DNA of 64,000 bases from Chloroflexota bacterium (GCA_965261345.1 OZ253449.1:2176001-2240000); one strand, 5' to 3'. Shown: positions 9,667 to 19,772, counted from the stretch's first letter. Made by a program: numbers and translations. Notes: generated by a model not told the origin, from the letters alone.

Positions 9667-10613
9667 CTAACCCTACGCCGAGCCTGCGCCGTTGGGCGGT
9701 GATGACCGACGACACTGGTTGGTGCCGGGTTCGCTGAGCAACAACAGGGTTCGCGTCCATTATTTTTACCCGGTTCAACCGGCTTTTTGCCCTCCATCAA
9801 CAGTTCAATCCGGTGACTGGGCACTGCAAATTTAAGTACTGGCACGCGGTGCGCGATGCGGTCCCTGACGGGTGCAGCAACCATCGGATTGGAATGGATC
9901 TTGCCCGAATGGAAAAGACCGGGCTTGGGGTGAATCCCCATTGGCGGTGTTAATAGCGCTCGGCAATCGGGGCGGAGAGGATCTCGGCCTCATCGGTTCC
10001 CTGAGGAAGACAACCCAGGTCGCAATTAATTGAGAATGTTGGCGTAGTCGAGCCTGCGCAGGACCCCCGGGGCAGCTCGAGGTCGCACTTTGCTGCCAGA
10101 AGGTCTAGGTCCCAAGCGGAAGGGCGCTGCAATCACGACTGACCGACCCGCTTCCACCAGCTATTGACCGATGGCGCGGAGGGCGCACGCTTTGCCGGTG
10201 CCGAGCAGGCCAAACGTTGGCGCGGCGGTGACGGTTCCGCCAGTAATTTCAGCCGAAACCCCGCAAAGCAGGGCCGGCACCATCTACATTGGCACCAACT
10301 GAAAATCTTGGCGCAAGCTGGGATTTGGGCCGCGCCCGCTGGAGACCGGGCGGGGCGAAACGCTCCAATCCGAAATGGGACCTTTGGAGCACGCAGGCCA
10401 ACGAGTGCCGTGGTAACCGGCAGCTACGAACGTCGGCCTATGCAATTTGGACACCCGCAACCGGTTGCGGTCCAGGTGGAAAAACTATGGCCCGGAAGCC
10501 CCAACTGCCCCTTCGTCGCGCAACCGGTCGCGCGGATATCGAAACAATTGTTCCGACCGGTCCCGATTCAATTCAACTTCCGGTTAGGGCCTTACCTGCC
10601 CGGTCCGTGCCCG

Positions 10614-11375
10614 CTAACGCCTGCCGCGAAATACCCGGCCAAGCAATCGCTGTAACGGATCATAGGCCTCATCGGCGACTCGTTCTTTGAGCGGGATTAT
10701 CGCGTTGTCGGTGATCTTAATCCCTTCCGGGCAGATGTCGGTGCAGCATTTGGTTATGTTGCAAAACCCCAACCCGTGGACTCGCTGCAACTCGTCGCGC
10801 CGATCGAGCGTGTCAAGTGGATGCATCTCGAGGGCGGCCGCATAGACCAACAGACGCGGCCCCACGAATTCTTCGTGCAAAGCGCTCGAACGAAGTACGT
10901 GGCATACGTCCTGACAGAGAAAGCACTCAATGCATTTCCTAAATTCCTGGACCCGGTCAATATCGCCCTGCTCCATGCGCCAACCGCCGGCGGCCTGTTC
11001 CTCGGTGGTCTGCGAGCGCGGTTCAAATTTGCGAATCGACTGTTTGGCGCGGTAATTCCAACTGACATCGGCGACCAGGTCGGTAAGGACCGGAAAGGCC
11101 TTCAGTGGAGTAACGTAGATTGGCGCTTCGATGTCCAGTTCGTGGAAACCGGTCATGCAGGCCAGCCGCGGGCGGCCGTTGATCTCCATCGAACAGGATC
11201 CGCATTTGCCGGCCTTGCAGTTCCAGCGACAGGCCAGCGAGGGGTCGGCGTTGGCCTGTATCCAATGCAGGGCGTCGAGGACCACCGTCCCCTCTTCGAG
11301 CGGCACCTGGAAATCCTCGAATCGGGTTTGACCGGCATCGCCGCGCTGGACCCGGAGGGTTGCTTGCTCAGACAT
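10614..11375 (-). CDS. sdhB: Succinate dehydrogenase/fumarate reductase iron-sulfur subunit (Sdh1/Rv0247c-like)
   Basis: CRWNCKAGKCGSC...LAC, CIECFLCQDVCH, CNITKCCTDICP: full Cys complement. Confidence 0.95.
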   Translation of the reverse strand: MSEQATLRVQRGDAGQTRFEDFQVPLEEGTVVLDALHWIQANADPSLACRWNCKAGKCGSCSMEINGRPRLACMTGFHELDIEAPIYVTPLKAFPVLTDLVADVSWNYRAKQSIRKFEPRSQTTEEQAAGGWRMEQGDIDRVQEFRKCIECFLCQDVCHVLRSSALHEEFVGPRLLVYAAALEMHPLDTLDRRDELQRVHGLGFCNITKCCTDICPEGIKITDNAIIPLKERVADEAYDPLQRLLGRVFRGRR

Positions 11376-11379
11376 GGTG

Positions 11380-13182
11380 CTAGGGCCCGTCGATGATGGC
11401 TTGGAGGTCGGCTGGCGGCTTGGGCAACGGTTCGGTGACCACGATCATTTCACCGCGCGAGTCCTGTTTGACGATTACCGACTTCTCGCTCCATTCGGGC
11501 AGGCTCGCGGGATAGTCGTCGCGGGTGTGGCCTCCACGACTTTCTTTGCGTTCCCGGCCGGCCAGCGCGCTGGCCCGGGCCAGGATCAGGACGTTATGAA
11601 AGTCGAGGGCTTGGTGCCAACCCACGTTGAAGGAGGAACCGCTGGGGATCGGCGCCCGGCTGGCCCAGCTGGCATATTGATCCAGTTCGCCGAGGGCCTC
11701 TTCGAGGTCGCTCGCGCGGCGGATTATTCCGACCTTGTTATCCATCATCGCCTGCAGGCTGCCCAGCAAAGCGAATGGGTTCTCCTTGCCGCGGGCTGAA
11801 AAAGGAGCCAACGCGTCGGCCTGGGCGGCGTCGATAGTCGATTGCGCCGGTTTTACCGGGTGCGGATTGGCCAGTGCCGCCCGGGCGGCGTATTCGCCGG
11901 CGCGCTTGCCAAATACCAGCAGATCGGTGAGCGAATTCCCGCCGAGGCGATTGGCGCCATGCATTCCTCCGGCAGCCTCCCCCGCGGCGAAGAGCCCCGG
12001 TATGCTGGCGGCCTGGGATTCGGACTCAACCCGGATCCCGCCCATGATGTAGTGGGCGGTGGGCCCCACCTCCATGGCGGTCTTGGTGATGTCGACCCTG
12101 GCCAGTTCGGAGAACTGGTGGTACATGGATGGAAGACGTGAGCGGATGTCCTGGGCCGATCGTTGCGAGGCAATATCGAGAAACACCCCACCGTGCGGTG
12201 ACCCCTCGCCGGCATCGACCTGGCGCAGGATTGCCCGCGCGACCTCGTCGCGGGTTAGCAGCTCGGGTGGACGACGGGCCTGTTTGTCGCCGGCCAGCCA
12301 ACGCCGGGTCTCGGCTTCGCCGTCGGCATATTCGCCCTGGAACATCTCGGGCACGTTGTCGAACATGAATCGCTGTCCGGATCGATTTCGCAACACCCCG
12401 CCCTCGCCGCGGACCGCTTCGGTGACCAGAATGCCGCGAACCGATGGTGGCCAGACCATGCCGGTCGGGTGGAACTGGATGAATTCCATGTCGATTAGTT
12501 CGGCCCCGGCCTTCCAGGCCAGGGCGTGACCGTCGCCGGTCCCTTCCCAGGAATTGGTGTTGATCGCCCACGCCCGGCAGGCCCCGCCGGTGGCAATTAC
12601 CACTGATTTGGCGGCGATTGCCAGCATTTTGCCGTCGGATCGCTGGTAGGCGAATACCCCGACAACTCCCGACTCCTCAACCAGCAGACTGGTCACCGCG
12701 CATTCCATGTGAACGGAAATTCCCTGGTGGATGCCGTGGTCTTGGAGGGTCCGGATCATCTCCAGGCCGGTGCGATCGCCAACGTGGGCCAGGCGCGGAT
12801 AGCGATGACCGCCGAAATTGCGCTGCAGGATCAGGCCGTCGGGGGTTCGGTCGAACACCGCTCCCCAGGCCTCCAATTCGCGGACCCGCGCGGGGGCCTC
12901 CTGCGCGTGGATCTGGGCCATCCGCCATTGCCCCAGGAGCTTGCCGCCGCGCATCGTATCGCGGAAATGGACTTCCCAGGAATCGCGCGGGTCGGTGTTG
13001 CGCAGAGCCGCGGCCATTCCGCCCTCAGCCATGACCGTGTGGGCCTTGCCAAGCAGCGATTTGCAGATTACCCCGACGCTGGCCCCCTCGGCGCGGGCGG
13101 CGATCGCCGCCCGCAGGCCGGCCCCGCCGGCCCCGACGATCAGGACGTCGTAGGCGAGTTGTTCGGGCGTCGGCGCATTCAT
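11380..13182 (-). CDS. sdhA: Succinate dehydrogenase/fumarate reductase flavoprotein (Sdh1/Rv0248c-like)
   Basis: GAGGAG, KAHTVMAEGG (FAD-His), QFHPTG, TEAVRGEG, LLTRDEV, HYIMGG, HGANRLGGNSL, ESRGGH. Confidence 0.96.
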   Translation of the reverse strand: MNAPTPEQLAYDVLIVGAGGAGLRAAIAARAEGASVGVICKSLLGKAHTVMAEGGMAAALRNTDPRDSWEVHFRDTMRGGKLLGQWRMAQIHAQEAPARVRELEAWGAVFDRTPDGLILQRNFGGHRYPRLAHVGDRTGLEMIRTLQDHGIHQGISVHMECAVTSLLVEESGVVGVFAYQRSDGKMLAIAAKSVVIATGGACRAWAINTNSWEGTGDGHALAWKAGAELIDMEFIQFHPTGMVWPPSVRGILVTEAVRGEGGVLRNRSGQRFMFDNVPEMFQGEYADGEAETRRWLAGDKQARRPPELLTRDEVARAILRQVDAGEGSPHGGVFLDIASQRSAQDIRSRLPSMYHQFSELARVDITKTAMEVGPTAHYIMGGIRVESESQAASIPGLFAAGEAAGGMHGANRLGGNSLTDLLVFGKRAGEYAARAALANPHPVKPAQSTIDAAQADALAPFSARGKENPFALLGSLQAMMDNKVGIIRRASDLEEALGELDQYASWASRAPIPSGSSFNVGWHQALDFHNVLILARASALAGRERKESRGGHTRDDYPASLPEWSEKSVIVKQDSRGEMIVVTEPLPKPPADLQAIIDGP

Positions 13183-13961
13183 GCCGCGATCAAGATCAAG
13201 CGCGGGTCGATGACGGTCTCGGTGGCCACCAGGCGGACGTAGACATCGACCAGAGCGACCCAGATGAGCGAGAACCAGGCCCAGTTGCCGTGGCGCAGGT
13301 TAAAGAATGTCGCGATTTTCCAGAGTCGACCGCGGGTTCGATTCACCAGTGAACAGGAGAAGCAATCGACCCGCCCACCGACCAGGTGGCGGAGCGAGTG
13401 GCATCCCAGTACGTAGCCGCCCAGCGAGACCGCATTAACGACCATGAGCACCGTGCCCAGTCCCACTCCGAAGCCCTCGCTAAAGAAGAAGGCCAGTATT
13501 GCGTCGTAGACGAAGATCACCACCAGGGCCAGCGCGAATGGCAGGGCATAGCGGTGCAGGTTCTGCCAAATCAGCAGTCGGCGCTCGCCCGAATAAGGAA
13601 GGTTGAGGCGGCCGACCGCGCAAGCCGGCGGCGAAAGGAAGTAGGAGCGGTAGTAGGACCGGCGGTAGTAGTAGCAGGTGATGCGAAAGGACAGCGGGGC
13701 CCAGAGGATTAGCAGGGCCGGCGTGCGCAGCCATCCAGGCCACCAATCGGGCCAGACAAACCCGGAAAAATGAGGTGAATAAAAGGGTGATAAATAGGGC
13801 TCGGCGACGTGATGTTCGTTTTGGGCACCCTGCAATATGACCCAACCCGAATAGAGGATGAACGCGCCAAAAATAAGACCGAAACGCAACGGTTCGACCC
13901 ACCATCGGTCAACCCGCAGGGTCTGCCCAAGGCGCGCGTTGGCGGCCGGTATGCTAGCCAT
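13179..13961 (-). CDS. Succinate dehydrogenase single membrane anchor (Rv0249c-like)
   Basis: Multi-TM protein with TLR.DRWW, SPFYSP, FRITCYYYRRSYY, N.HRY, GCHSLRHLVGG; overlaps the sdhA start; alternative start GTG at 14000. Confidence 0.88.
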   Translation of the reverse strand: MASIPAANARLGQTLRVDRWWVEPLRFGLIFGAFILYSGWVILQGAQNEHHVAEPYLSPFYSPHFSGFVWPDWWPGWLRTPALLILWAPLSFRITCYYYRRSYYRSYFLSPPACAVGRLNLPYSGERRLLIWQNLHRYALPFALALVVIFVYDAILAFFFSEGFGVGLGTVLMVVNAVSLGGYVLGCHSLRHLVGGRVDCFSCSLVNRTRGRLWKIATFFNLRHGNWAWFSLIWVALVDVYVRLVATETVIDPRLILIAA

Positions 13962-14081
13962 GGCGGAAATGCCCCACCTATCGCCTGGGAACGAATGCAC
14001 GAAATCTCCACTTAGGATAGTTTGTGCGGGCTTCCAGATTGGCCGCCGCCGCCCGGCACGGATAAGAAAATTGGGCTACCG

Positions 14082-14154
14082 GCCCCCGTAGCTCAGGGGA
14101 CAGAGCAGCTGCCTTCTAAGCAGCGGGCCGCGTGTTCGAATCACGCCGGGGGCA
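14082..14154 (+). tRNA. tRNA-Arg(TCT)
   Basis: Acceptor stem GCCCCCG/CGGGGGC, D-arm TAGCTCAGGGGACAGAGC, anticodon arm GCTGC-CTTCTAA-GCAGC, T-loop GTTCGAATC; followed by CCG, so CCA is not fully encoded. Confidence 0.96.
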
Positions 14155-14185
14155 CCGAAGTTAGCGCTCGCATTACGAGGCGAAA

Positions 14186-14818
14186 TTGAACATGGTGGAG
14201 GGGCGCTCGCCGCTATCTGATCAGGACCGCGAGATGTTGGCCAGCTGCGGGGCGCTGCGGCTGCGCGGGGCGTTGCTGCCCGAGATTGGCGAGCTGGAGG
14301 CCGGTTTCGAACGGGCCTGGGGCGGACGCGAACGCCGCCGGGCGGATGGGCGCCAGGCGGCGGCCCAGTTCCTTGATCTTGACCCGAGCCTTGCCGGCCT
14401 GCGCACGCACGCCTTGATCAATCATCTCCAGGCTGAACTGGTGGCCGGGACCATGCTTGCCCAGGTCGCCAGCACCGGCAATCTGCACGCCGGCGATACG
14501 CCCTGGCACGTTGACGGGGTGGGGCGTGTCGGGCCACAGATCCGGATCAATATCTACCTTGATCCGGTACGACGCGGTAAGGGCTGTCTCCTGGTGATAC
14601 CGGGTTCGCACCGGTTCGCGGGCCTGCAGATTGCGGGGCGGGTTGACCGCCCGGCAATCCTGCCGCTACCGAACTGGTATGACGAATCTTCCGGCTCGAT
14701 CGCCCTCGAATCGGATCCGGGCGACCTGATAATCATTGATCGTCGCGTAATTCACGCCGCCCTTGGCGGCGGCCGTCGTCGCCGAATGTTTAATCTGGAC
14801 CTAGCGGAGGTCGGATAA
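14186..14818 (+). CDS. Phytanoyl-CoA dioxygenase (PhyH)-family Fe(II)/2OG oxygenase
   Basis: PWHVD (HxD), GCLLVIPGSH, PGDLII.D.R..HA and a distal Arg. Confidence 0.85.
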   Translation: MNMVEGRSPLSDQDREMLASCGALRLRGALLPEIGELEAGFERAWGGRERRRADGRQAAAQFLDLDPSLAGLRTHALINHLQAELVAGTMLAQVASTGNLHAGDTPWHVDGVGRVGPQIRINIYLDPVRRGKGCLLVIPGSHRFAGLQIAGRVDRPAILPLPNWYDESSGSIALESDPGDLIIIDRRVIHAALGGGRRRRMFNLDLAEVG

Positions 14819-14819
14819 A

Positions 14820-15716
14820 TTGCCATTGAATATAAAAGTTGCCAGCAGTCCGACATCCTGGGGTGTTTCCTTTGCCTCAGATCCGCGCCAGACGCCGTGG
14901 GAGCGGTTCCTGGTCGAGGTCGCGCGGTCGGGTTATCGCTGGATTGAATCCGGCGGCTATGGCTACCTGCCGACCGATCCGACCCGTCTGCGTCCGATCC
15001 TGGCCGAGCACGAACTGGCGATCTGCGGCGGCCGCGTCATGCGGCACTACCTCTTTGACGAAGAACTGCCTTCGATCCGGCTCGAGTGTTTTCAATCGGC
15101 CGAGTTGCTCGCGGCAGTCGGGGCCGAAGCGATCATCCTGATCGAGGGTCTCTATCGGGAAAAGGAAACTGGCAGGCTGATCGATCAGACCGACCTAGAC
15201 GAGGGGCGCTTCAAGCTGCTAGTGGAGCGGGTCGTCGATCTGGCCGGCCAGCTGCGCGAGCGCTTTGACCTAAAGACCTACTTTCACCCGCACGCCGAGA
15301 CCCACGTTCGGACCGAGGAACAGATGGATCGATTCTTCGAATTGGCCGCCGATCCGCAACTGGGCCAGGTCCTCGATACCGGTCATCACGCCTACTGCGG
15401 CGGCGACCCCAATTCCTACATGGCCCGCAATTTCGCCCGCATACCCTACGTCCACCTAAAAAACATCCAACCCCAGGTTCACGCCCGCTGCGAGGCTGAG
15501 GGCATCGGATTTTTGGACAGCGTTCGCGCCGGGGTATTTTGCGAGCCCGAGCACGGTCTCTTCAACCTGCGTGACTTCCACCGTGTGCTCTCCGAAATCA
15601 ACTATTCTGGATACGCGGTTGTCGAGCAGGACCTGTACCCGGTGGCCAATTTCGAGGTTCCCGAACCGATCGCCACTCGCACCCGGCGTTGGCTGGCGGT
15701 CAACGGGTTCGGTTAG
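14820..15716 (+). CDS. iolE: IolE-like 2-keto-myo-inositol dehydratase / sugar phosphate isomerase TIM barrel
   Basis: SPTSWGV, GYGYLP, FHPHAET, LDTGH..Y.GGD, HLK, VVEQD; adjacent to iolD. Confidence 0.75.
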   Translation: MPLNIKVASSPTSWGVSFASDPRQTPWERFLVEVARSGYRWIESGGYGYLPTDPTRLRPILAEHELAICGGRVMRHYLFDEELPSIRLECFQSAELLAAVGAEAIILIEGLYREKETGRLIDQTDLDEGRFKLLVERVVDLAGQLRERFDLKTYFHPHAETHVRTEEQMDRFFELAADPQLGQVLDTGHHAYCGGDPNSYMARNFARIPYVHLKNIQPQVHARCEAEGIGFLDSVRAGVFCEPEHGLFNLRDFHRVLSEINYSGYAVVEQDLYPVANFEVPEPIATRTRRWLAVNGFG

Positions 15717-15734
15717 GCGGGGCGGCCCGCGCGC

Positions 15735-17633
15735 CTACCAGTAGTAGCGCTGGCGCGCCCGTCCGGCCTGGCTGTCGGCTGAGGTCTTGGCCACCACCGG
15801 GTCGTTGGTGACTTCGGCGGCGTAGACATCCCACCAGACGCCGGCCGGCGGCGCGGCGGCGTACTTGTCCATGTCCACCTCGATCAGGCAGGGCCGGCTT
15901 TCTTGCCGGGCTTCATCGAGGGCGGTGTCGAAATCTTCGGCGTTGGCCACCGCCCAGGTGGCCGCCCCCATGCCGGCGGCGATCTGGGCGAACGGGATCT
16001 CGACGAAGTCGCCCAATTCGAGGGTGTAGGACTCCGGATCGCGCCAGCGGAACTCATTGCCCAGGCTGCGGCCGACGGTTCGCCGCTGGAGCGCGTGAAT
16101 CGACTGGTACCCCAGGTTGCGAGTGATGATGACGGTTATCTTGGCCCGTTCCTGCAGGGCGGTTATCAACTCCGACGGGTGCATTAGGAATCCGCCGTCG
16201 CCGATCGAGACGAATACCTCGCCGGGCGGATCGCTCTTGCGGACCCCGATTGCCGCCGGAATTTCGTAGCCCATGCAGGAGTTCCCAAATTCGAGCATTA
16301 TCTTTCGTCCGCCGGTCCCGTTCCAGAGCTTGCACAGGTCACCCACCGGGGTTCCGGCGGCCGCGATCAGAATGTCGCCGGGTTGAGCATGCCGGTTGAG
16401 CACACCGATCATCTGGGTCTGGGTCAGCGGAGCGCCGTTGACCGGTTCTTGCATCGCGGCCACTTCACCAAGCCATTCGCGGCGCGCCAGGCCGGTTTCT
16501 GCCAGCCAGGCCTCCCGACGTCGCACGTCTGCTTGGCGGCAAGCCCGGGTGAGGGCCTCCAGGCTCAGGCGGGCATCGGCGACCACCGGATGGGCGCCCA
16601 GTTTGATGGAGTCGTGCGGGCACACGTTAAGCGAGATGAACCTGACTTCCCGGTTCTGGAAGATGGAATTGGATCCGGTGGTGTAGTCGGCCAGCCGGGT
16701 ACCGGCACAGATGACCAGGTCGGCCCGCTCGGCCGCCTGGGCAGATGCCCTGGTCCCGTTCATCCCGACCCCGCCCAGCAGCAGTTCGGAGTCGTCGTCG
16801 ATGACCGAGCGTCCGGCATAGGTCTCGGCCACCGGGATCCCGAACTCTCTGGAAAATTCGCCCAGCGCTGATTCGGCTTGCGAATAGCGAATCCCGCCGC
16901 CGGCGATGATCAGCGGCGCCTTGGCCGCGGCCAGCATCTGCGCGGCGACCCGGATTGACCGCTCGGTCGGCGGGCGACGTTCTATCACCCAGGTGTGTTC
17001 GCGGAAAAAATTGGTCGGGTAGTCGAACGCCCAATTCTGAATGTCCTGGGTCAGGGCAAGGCAGACTGCCCCGGTTTCGGCCGGATCGGTCAGGACCCGG
17101 AAGGCCTCGGGGAGCGAAAAAAGCAGTTGCTCGGGCCGGCTTATCCGGTCGAAAAACCTGACCACCGGCCGGAAGCAATCGGCGGCTGAAAAATCGTTGT
17201 TGACCGGGTGTTCGATGTCCTGGAGGATCTGGCCTTGGTGACGGGTCGCAAAGTAATCGGAGGGCAGCAGCAGCACCGGAATTCGGTCTATGGTCGCAGT
17301 GGCCGCTCCGGTGATCATGTTGGTGGCGCCCGGACCGATCGAGGTCGTGCAGGCCATCGTCGCCAGCCGTCGCTTGGCCTTGGCGAATCCGGCCGCGGCA
17401 TGTACCTGGGCCTGCTCGTTGAACGGTTGGTGATAGGGCAATCCGGGACCGCCGTATTCGTGGATCGCCTGGCTCAAGCCGGATACGTTGCCGTGCCCGA
17501 ATATCCCCCAGATCCCCTGGATGAAGCGTTGCCGCTGACCGTCGAATTCGCTGTGCTGGGCGTTGATGAATCTCACCACCGCCTGGGCCATCGTCAGCCG
17601 CACGGTCTCATGTGATTGGTAGGTCGTGTACAT
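15735..17633 (-). CDS. iolD: 3D-(3,5/4)-trihydroxycyclohexane-1,2-dione acylhydrolase
   Basis: RLTMAQA, GIFGHGNV, NEQ..H.A, TSIGPGATN, SCMGYEI, ThDP motif GDG, WWDV. Confidence 0.95.
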   Translation of the reverse strand: MYTTYQSHETVRLTMAQAVVRFINAQHSEFDGQRQRFIQGIWGIFGHGNVSGLSQAIHEYGGPGLPYHQPFNEQAQVHAAAGFAKAKRRLATMACTTSIGPGATNMITGAATATIDRIPVLLLPSDYFATRHQGQILQDIEHPVNNDFSAADCFRPVVRFFDRISRPEQLLFSLPEAFRVLTDPAETGAVCLALTQDIQNWAFDYPTNFFREHTWVIERRPPTERSIRVAAQMLAAAKAPLIIAGGGIRYSQAESALGEFSREFGIPVAETYAGRSVIDDDSELLLGGVGMNGTRASAQAAERADLVICAGTRLADYTTGSNSIFQNREVRFISLNVCPHDSIKLGAHPVVADARLSLEALTRACRQADVRRREAWLAETGLARREWLGEVAAMQEPVNGAPLTQTQMIGVLNRHAQPGDILIAAAGTPVGDLCKLWNGTGGRKIMLEFGNSCMGYEIPAAIGVRKSDPPGEVFVSIGDGGFLMHPSELITALQERAKITVIITRNLGYQSIHALQRRTVGRSLGNEFRWRDPESYTLELGDFVEIPFAQIAAGMGAATWAVANAEDFDTALDEARQESRPCLIEVDMDKYAAAPPAGVWWDVYAAEVTNDPVVAKTSADSQAGRARQRYYW

Positions 17634-17705
17634 TTACGGTGCTCCCGCGCCGGGCTGACTACTAGGCCCTGCCTTTTTTACCTTGCCGGAGCGCCGATTT
17701 GGCGG

Positions 17706-18902
17706 TTAGATGCTGGCGGTCACCTTTTCCCAGGCCCGCGAATCCCAAGATCGGGCCATCGCCGCGTTGACCTGGGACACCCGAAGGGTCGATTCGAAGT
17801 CCGGCGCCTGCGATTTCCCAGCGGCGATCGCCGCTAAAAAATTGTGGGCGCCGATGATCTGCAGGGCGTCGTAGTCGATGCTGCCGCCCGAACCGGTTGC
17901 GAAGCGACCGTGGTTGGGATGATTGCTGGTGGCGTAGATGTTGGTGCTGCCGGCGCGTTGGGGGTCCACGGAAGGAGTATAGAGTTCGAGCTCGTTTAAT
18001 CGCCGAAACTGCCAGGATGCCAGCCCGGCGCTGCCGTAGATCGTAAATCCGAATTCATTGGTCGGGATCCGCAGTATCCGCGAGGCCTCCAGTGTGGCGG
18101 TGGCCCCGGATTCGAATACGGCCTGGGCAATTACGGTGTCATCGTTGGTGACCGGCAATTTCGGGTCATCGGCCCTACCCTGCATGTAGTGGTCGGCCCC
18201 CGGTGCCGGCGCGGGCCGCTCGCGATAGATGATCTGGCTGCGCGAACTAACCTCGCTGATTGGTCCGCCCACCATGATCGCCATGTCAACCACGTGGGAC
18301 ATGAGGTCGCCCAACACGCCGAAGCCCGACTGCTGCGAATCAAAACGCCAGGTTCGCAGCCCCAGCGGTGAGGACGCGTAGGCGGCCATGAACTGCCCGC
18401 GAAAATGCAGAATCCTGCCCAGGTCGCCGGAGGCTGCCAGCTGTGCAGCATGGGCGACCATCGGCACCCAGCGGTAACAGAATCCGACGAACGTGACCAC
18501 CCCGCTGCGCCGCGCGGCGGCGGCGATCGCGGCGGTATCGGCCGGGGTGCGCCCGACCGGTTTTTCGCAAAACACATGCTTGCCGGCCTCGGCCGCGGCG
18601 ATGGCGATCTGACGATGCGAGTCGTTGCGGGTGGCGATGCTGACGGCGTCAATCGCCGGGTCCGCAAGCAGTTCGCGCCAATCCTCGGTAGATTCGGCGA
18701 TACCCAGCCGTCGGGCTTGTTCGGCGGCCCGCCCCGGGAGGCTGTCGGCGCAGGATACCACCGCGGCCGAAATCCCGCTCTCCGGGAATCGTTCGCCGAC
18801 TTCGCGGTAGGCGCGGCAGTGCACCGATCCCATCCAGCCGGCGCCGATGATTCCGATTGCAAACTTTTTTTTGTCCATTTGAACCGAGGCCAACGTCACC
18901 AT
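17706..18902 (-). CDS. Gfo/Idh/MocA-family oxidoreductase (inositol dehydrogenase-like)
   Basis: IGAGWMG, KHVFCEKP, GDLMSHVVD. Confidence 0.9.
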   Translation of the reverse strand: MVTLASVQMDKKKFAIGIIGAGWMGSVHCRAYREVGERFPESGISAAVVSCADSLPGRAAEQARRLGIAESTEDWRELLADPAIDAVSIATRNDSHRQIAIAAAEAGKHVFCEKPVGRTPADTAAIAAAARRSGVVTFVGFCYRWVPMVAHAAQLAASGDLGRILHFRGQFMAAYASSPLGLRTWRFDSQQSGFGVLGDLMSHVVDMAIMVGGPISEVSSRSQIIYRERPAPAPGADHYMQGRADDPKLPVTNDDTVIAQAVFESGATATLEASRILRIPTNEFGFTIYGSAGLASWQFRRLNELELYTPSVDPQRAGSTNIYATSNHPNHGRFATGSGGSIDYDALQIIGAHNFLAAIAAGKSQAPDFESTLRVSQVNAAMARSWDSRAWEKVTASI

Positions 18903-19052
18903 CCGGCCGGTTGGCCGGTTTGTCCGGCGCGGGCCAACCTCCTGGCTGTGGATGTGCTTGGTTAGGCGAATGCTAACGACCGACGCTGGGGGTTTAGGCT
19001 GAAAAACGCCGCGGATATTTAGCGCCCGGTCGGCGACCGGGAAGGCGGCGGC

Positions 19053-19772
19053 CTACATTGGGTTCTCTTTGGCCCAGGATTCGTATTCGGCCATCGTCTG
19101 GGCATCGGGTGGATAGGCCGTCGCCAGCGGGTAGTCGTGATGGAGCACGCGCTCGCGGATGAAAGTCTCTTTATGCTCGATCGCTGTCCCCTCGGCCGCA
19201 ATCTCGGCCGCCAGCGGAGGCGGGATCACGACCGCGCCGTCACTGTCGGCCACGATCCAGTCGCCGGGAAATACGCTGGTCCCGCAGCAACGCACCGGCA
19301 GGTCGCAGTCGATTGCCATGTAGGAGCGTTGCGATGCGGCCCCATGAATTCCCTTAACCAGACAGGGCAGGCCGACCAGTTCGCGGATCTGGACCCCGTC
19401 GCGCAGGCCGCCGTCCGATATCACCCCGACCCCGCCTTGGGCCTTGATCCGCGCCGCGATTATGTCGCCGATCGATCCGGCGGTGACCCCTCCGCCCGAG
19501 TCGATTACCAGAATGTCCCCGGGGTTGATGTTGTCGGCGACCTGTCGTTGTGGATTGGCACCAGATGCCACCATGGCGTCCGCGATGTCCTCGCGTTTGG
19601 GGATCAGGCGCAGGGTTCGGGCCCGTCCGACGACTACGCCGTCGAAGGGCACGACCGCGGAGAGCCCGGGCATGTAAGTGTTGGAGATTCCTTTCTGTTC
19701 GAGCAGATGGGTTGCCGTAGCCGGAGTGACTTTGGCCAGTTGGTCGGCCAGGGCCTGGGTGTTGCTGTCCAT
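19053..19772 (-). CDS. RraA/HMG-aldolase-family protein
   Basis: GRARTLR, PGDILVID, GD....R, DGGLRD, PGDWIVADSDGAVVIP; start taken as the ATG at 19772. Confidence 0.85.
   Translation of the reverse strand: MDSNTQALADQLAKVTPATATHLLEQKGISNTYMPGLSAVVPFDGVVVGRARTLRLIPKREDIADAMVASGANPQRQVADNINPGDILVIDSGGGVTAGSIGDIIAARIKAQGGVGVISDGGLRDGVQIRELVGLPCLVKGIHGAASQRSYMAIDCDLPVRCCGTSVFPGDWIVADSDGAVVIPPPLAAEIAAEGTAIEHKETFIRERVLHHDYPLATAYPPDAQTMAEYESWAKENPM

Noticed and set aside
9915-10010. FMN riboswitch
   Set aside because: Only a loose 5'-half resemblance; the conserved 3' half is absent and there is no credible downstream gene on that strand.
10164-10690. ORFs 10164..10655 and 10289..10690
   Set aside because: No motifs, TTG starts without a convincing RBS, and overlap with the sdhB 3' end.
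14082-14154. tRNA-Arg as the integration site of a genomic island
   Set aside because: No integrase and no duplicated tRNA 3' end were seen in the window, and downstream composition looks native.
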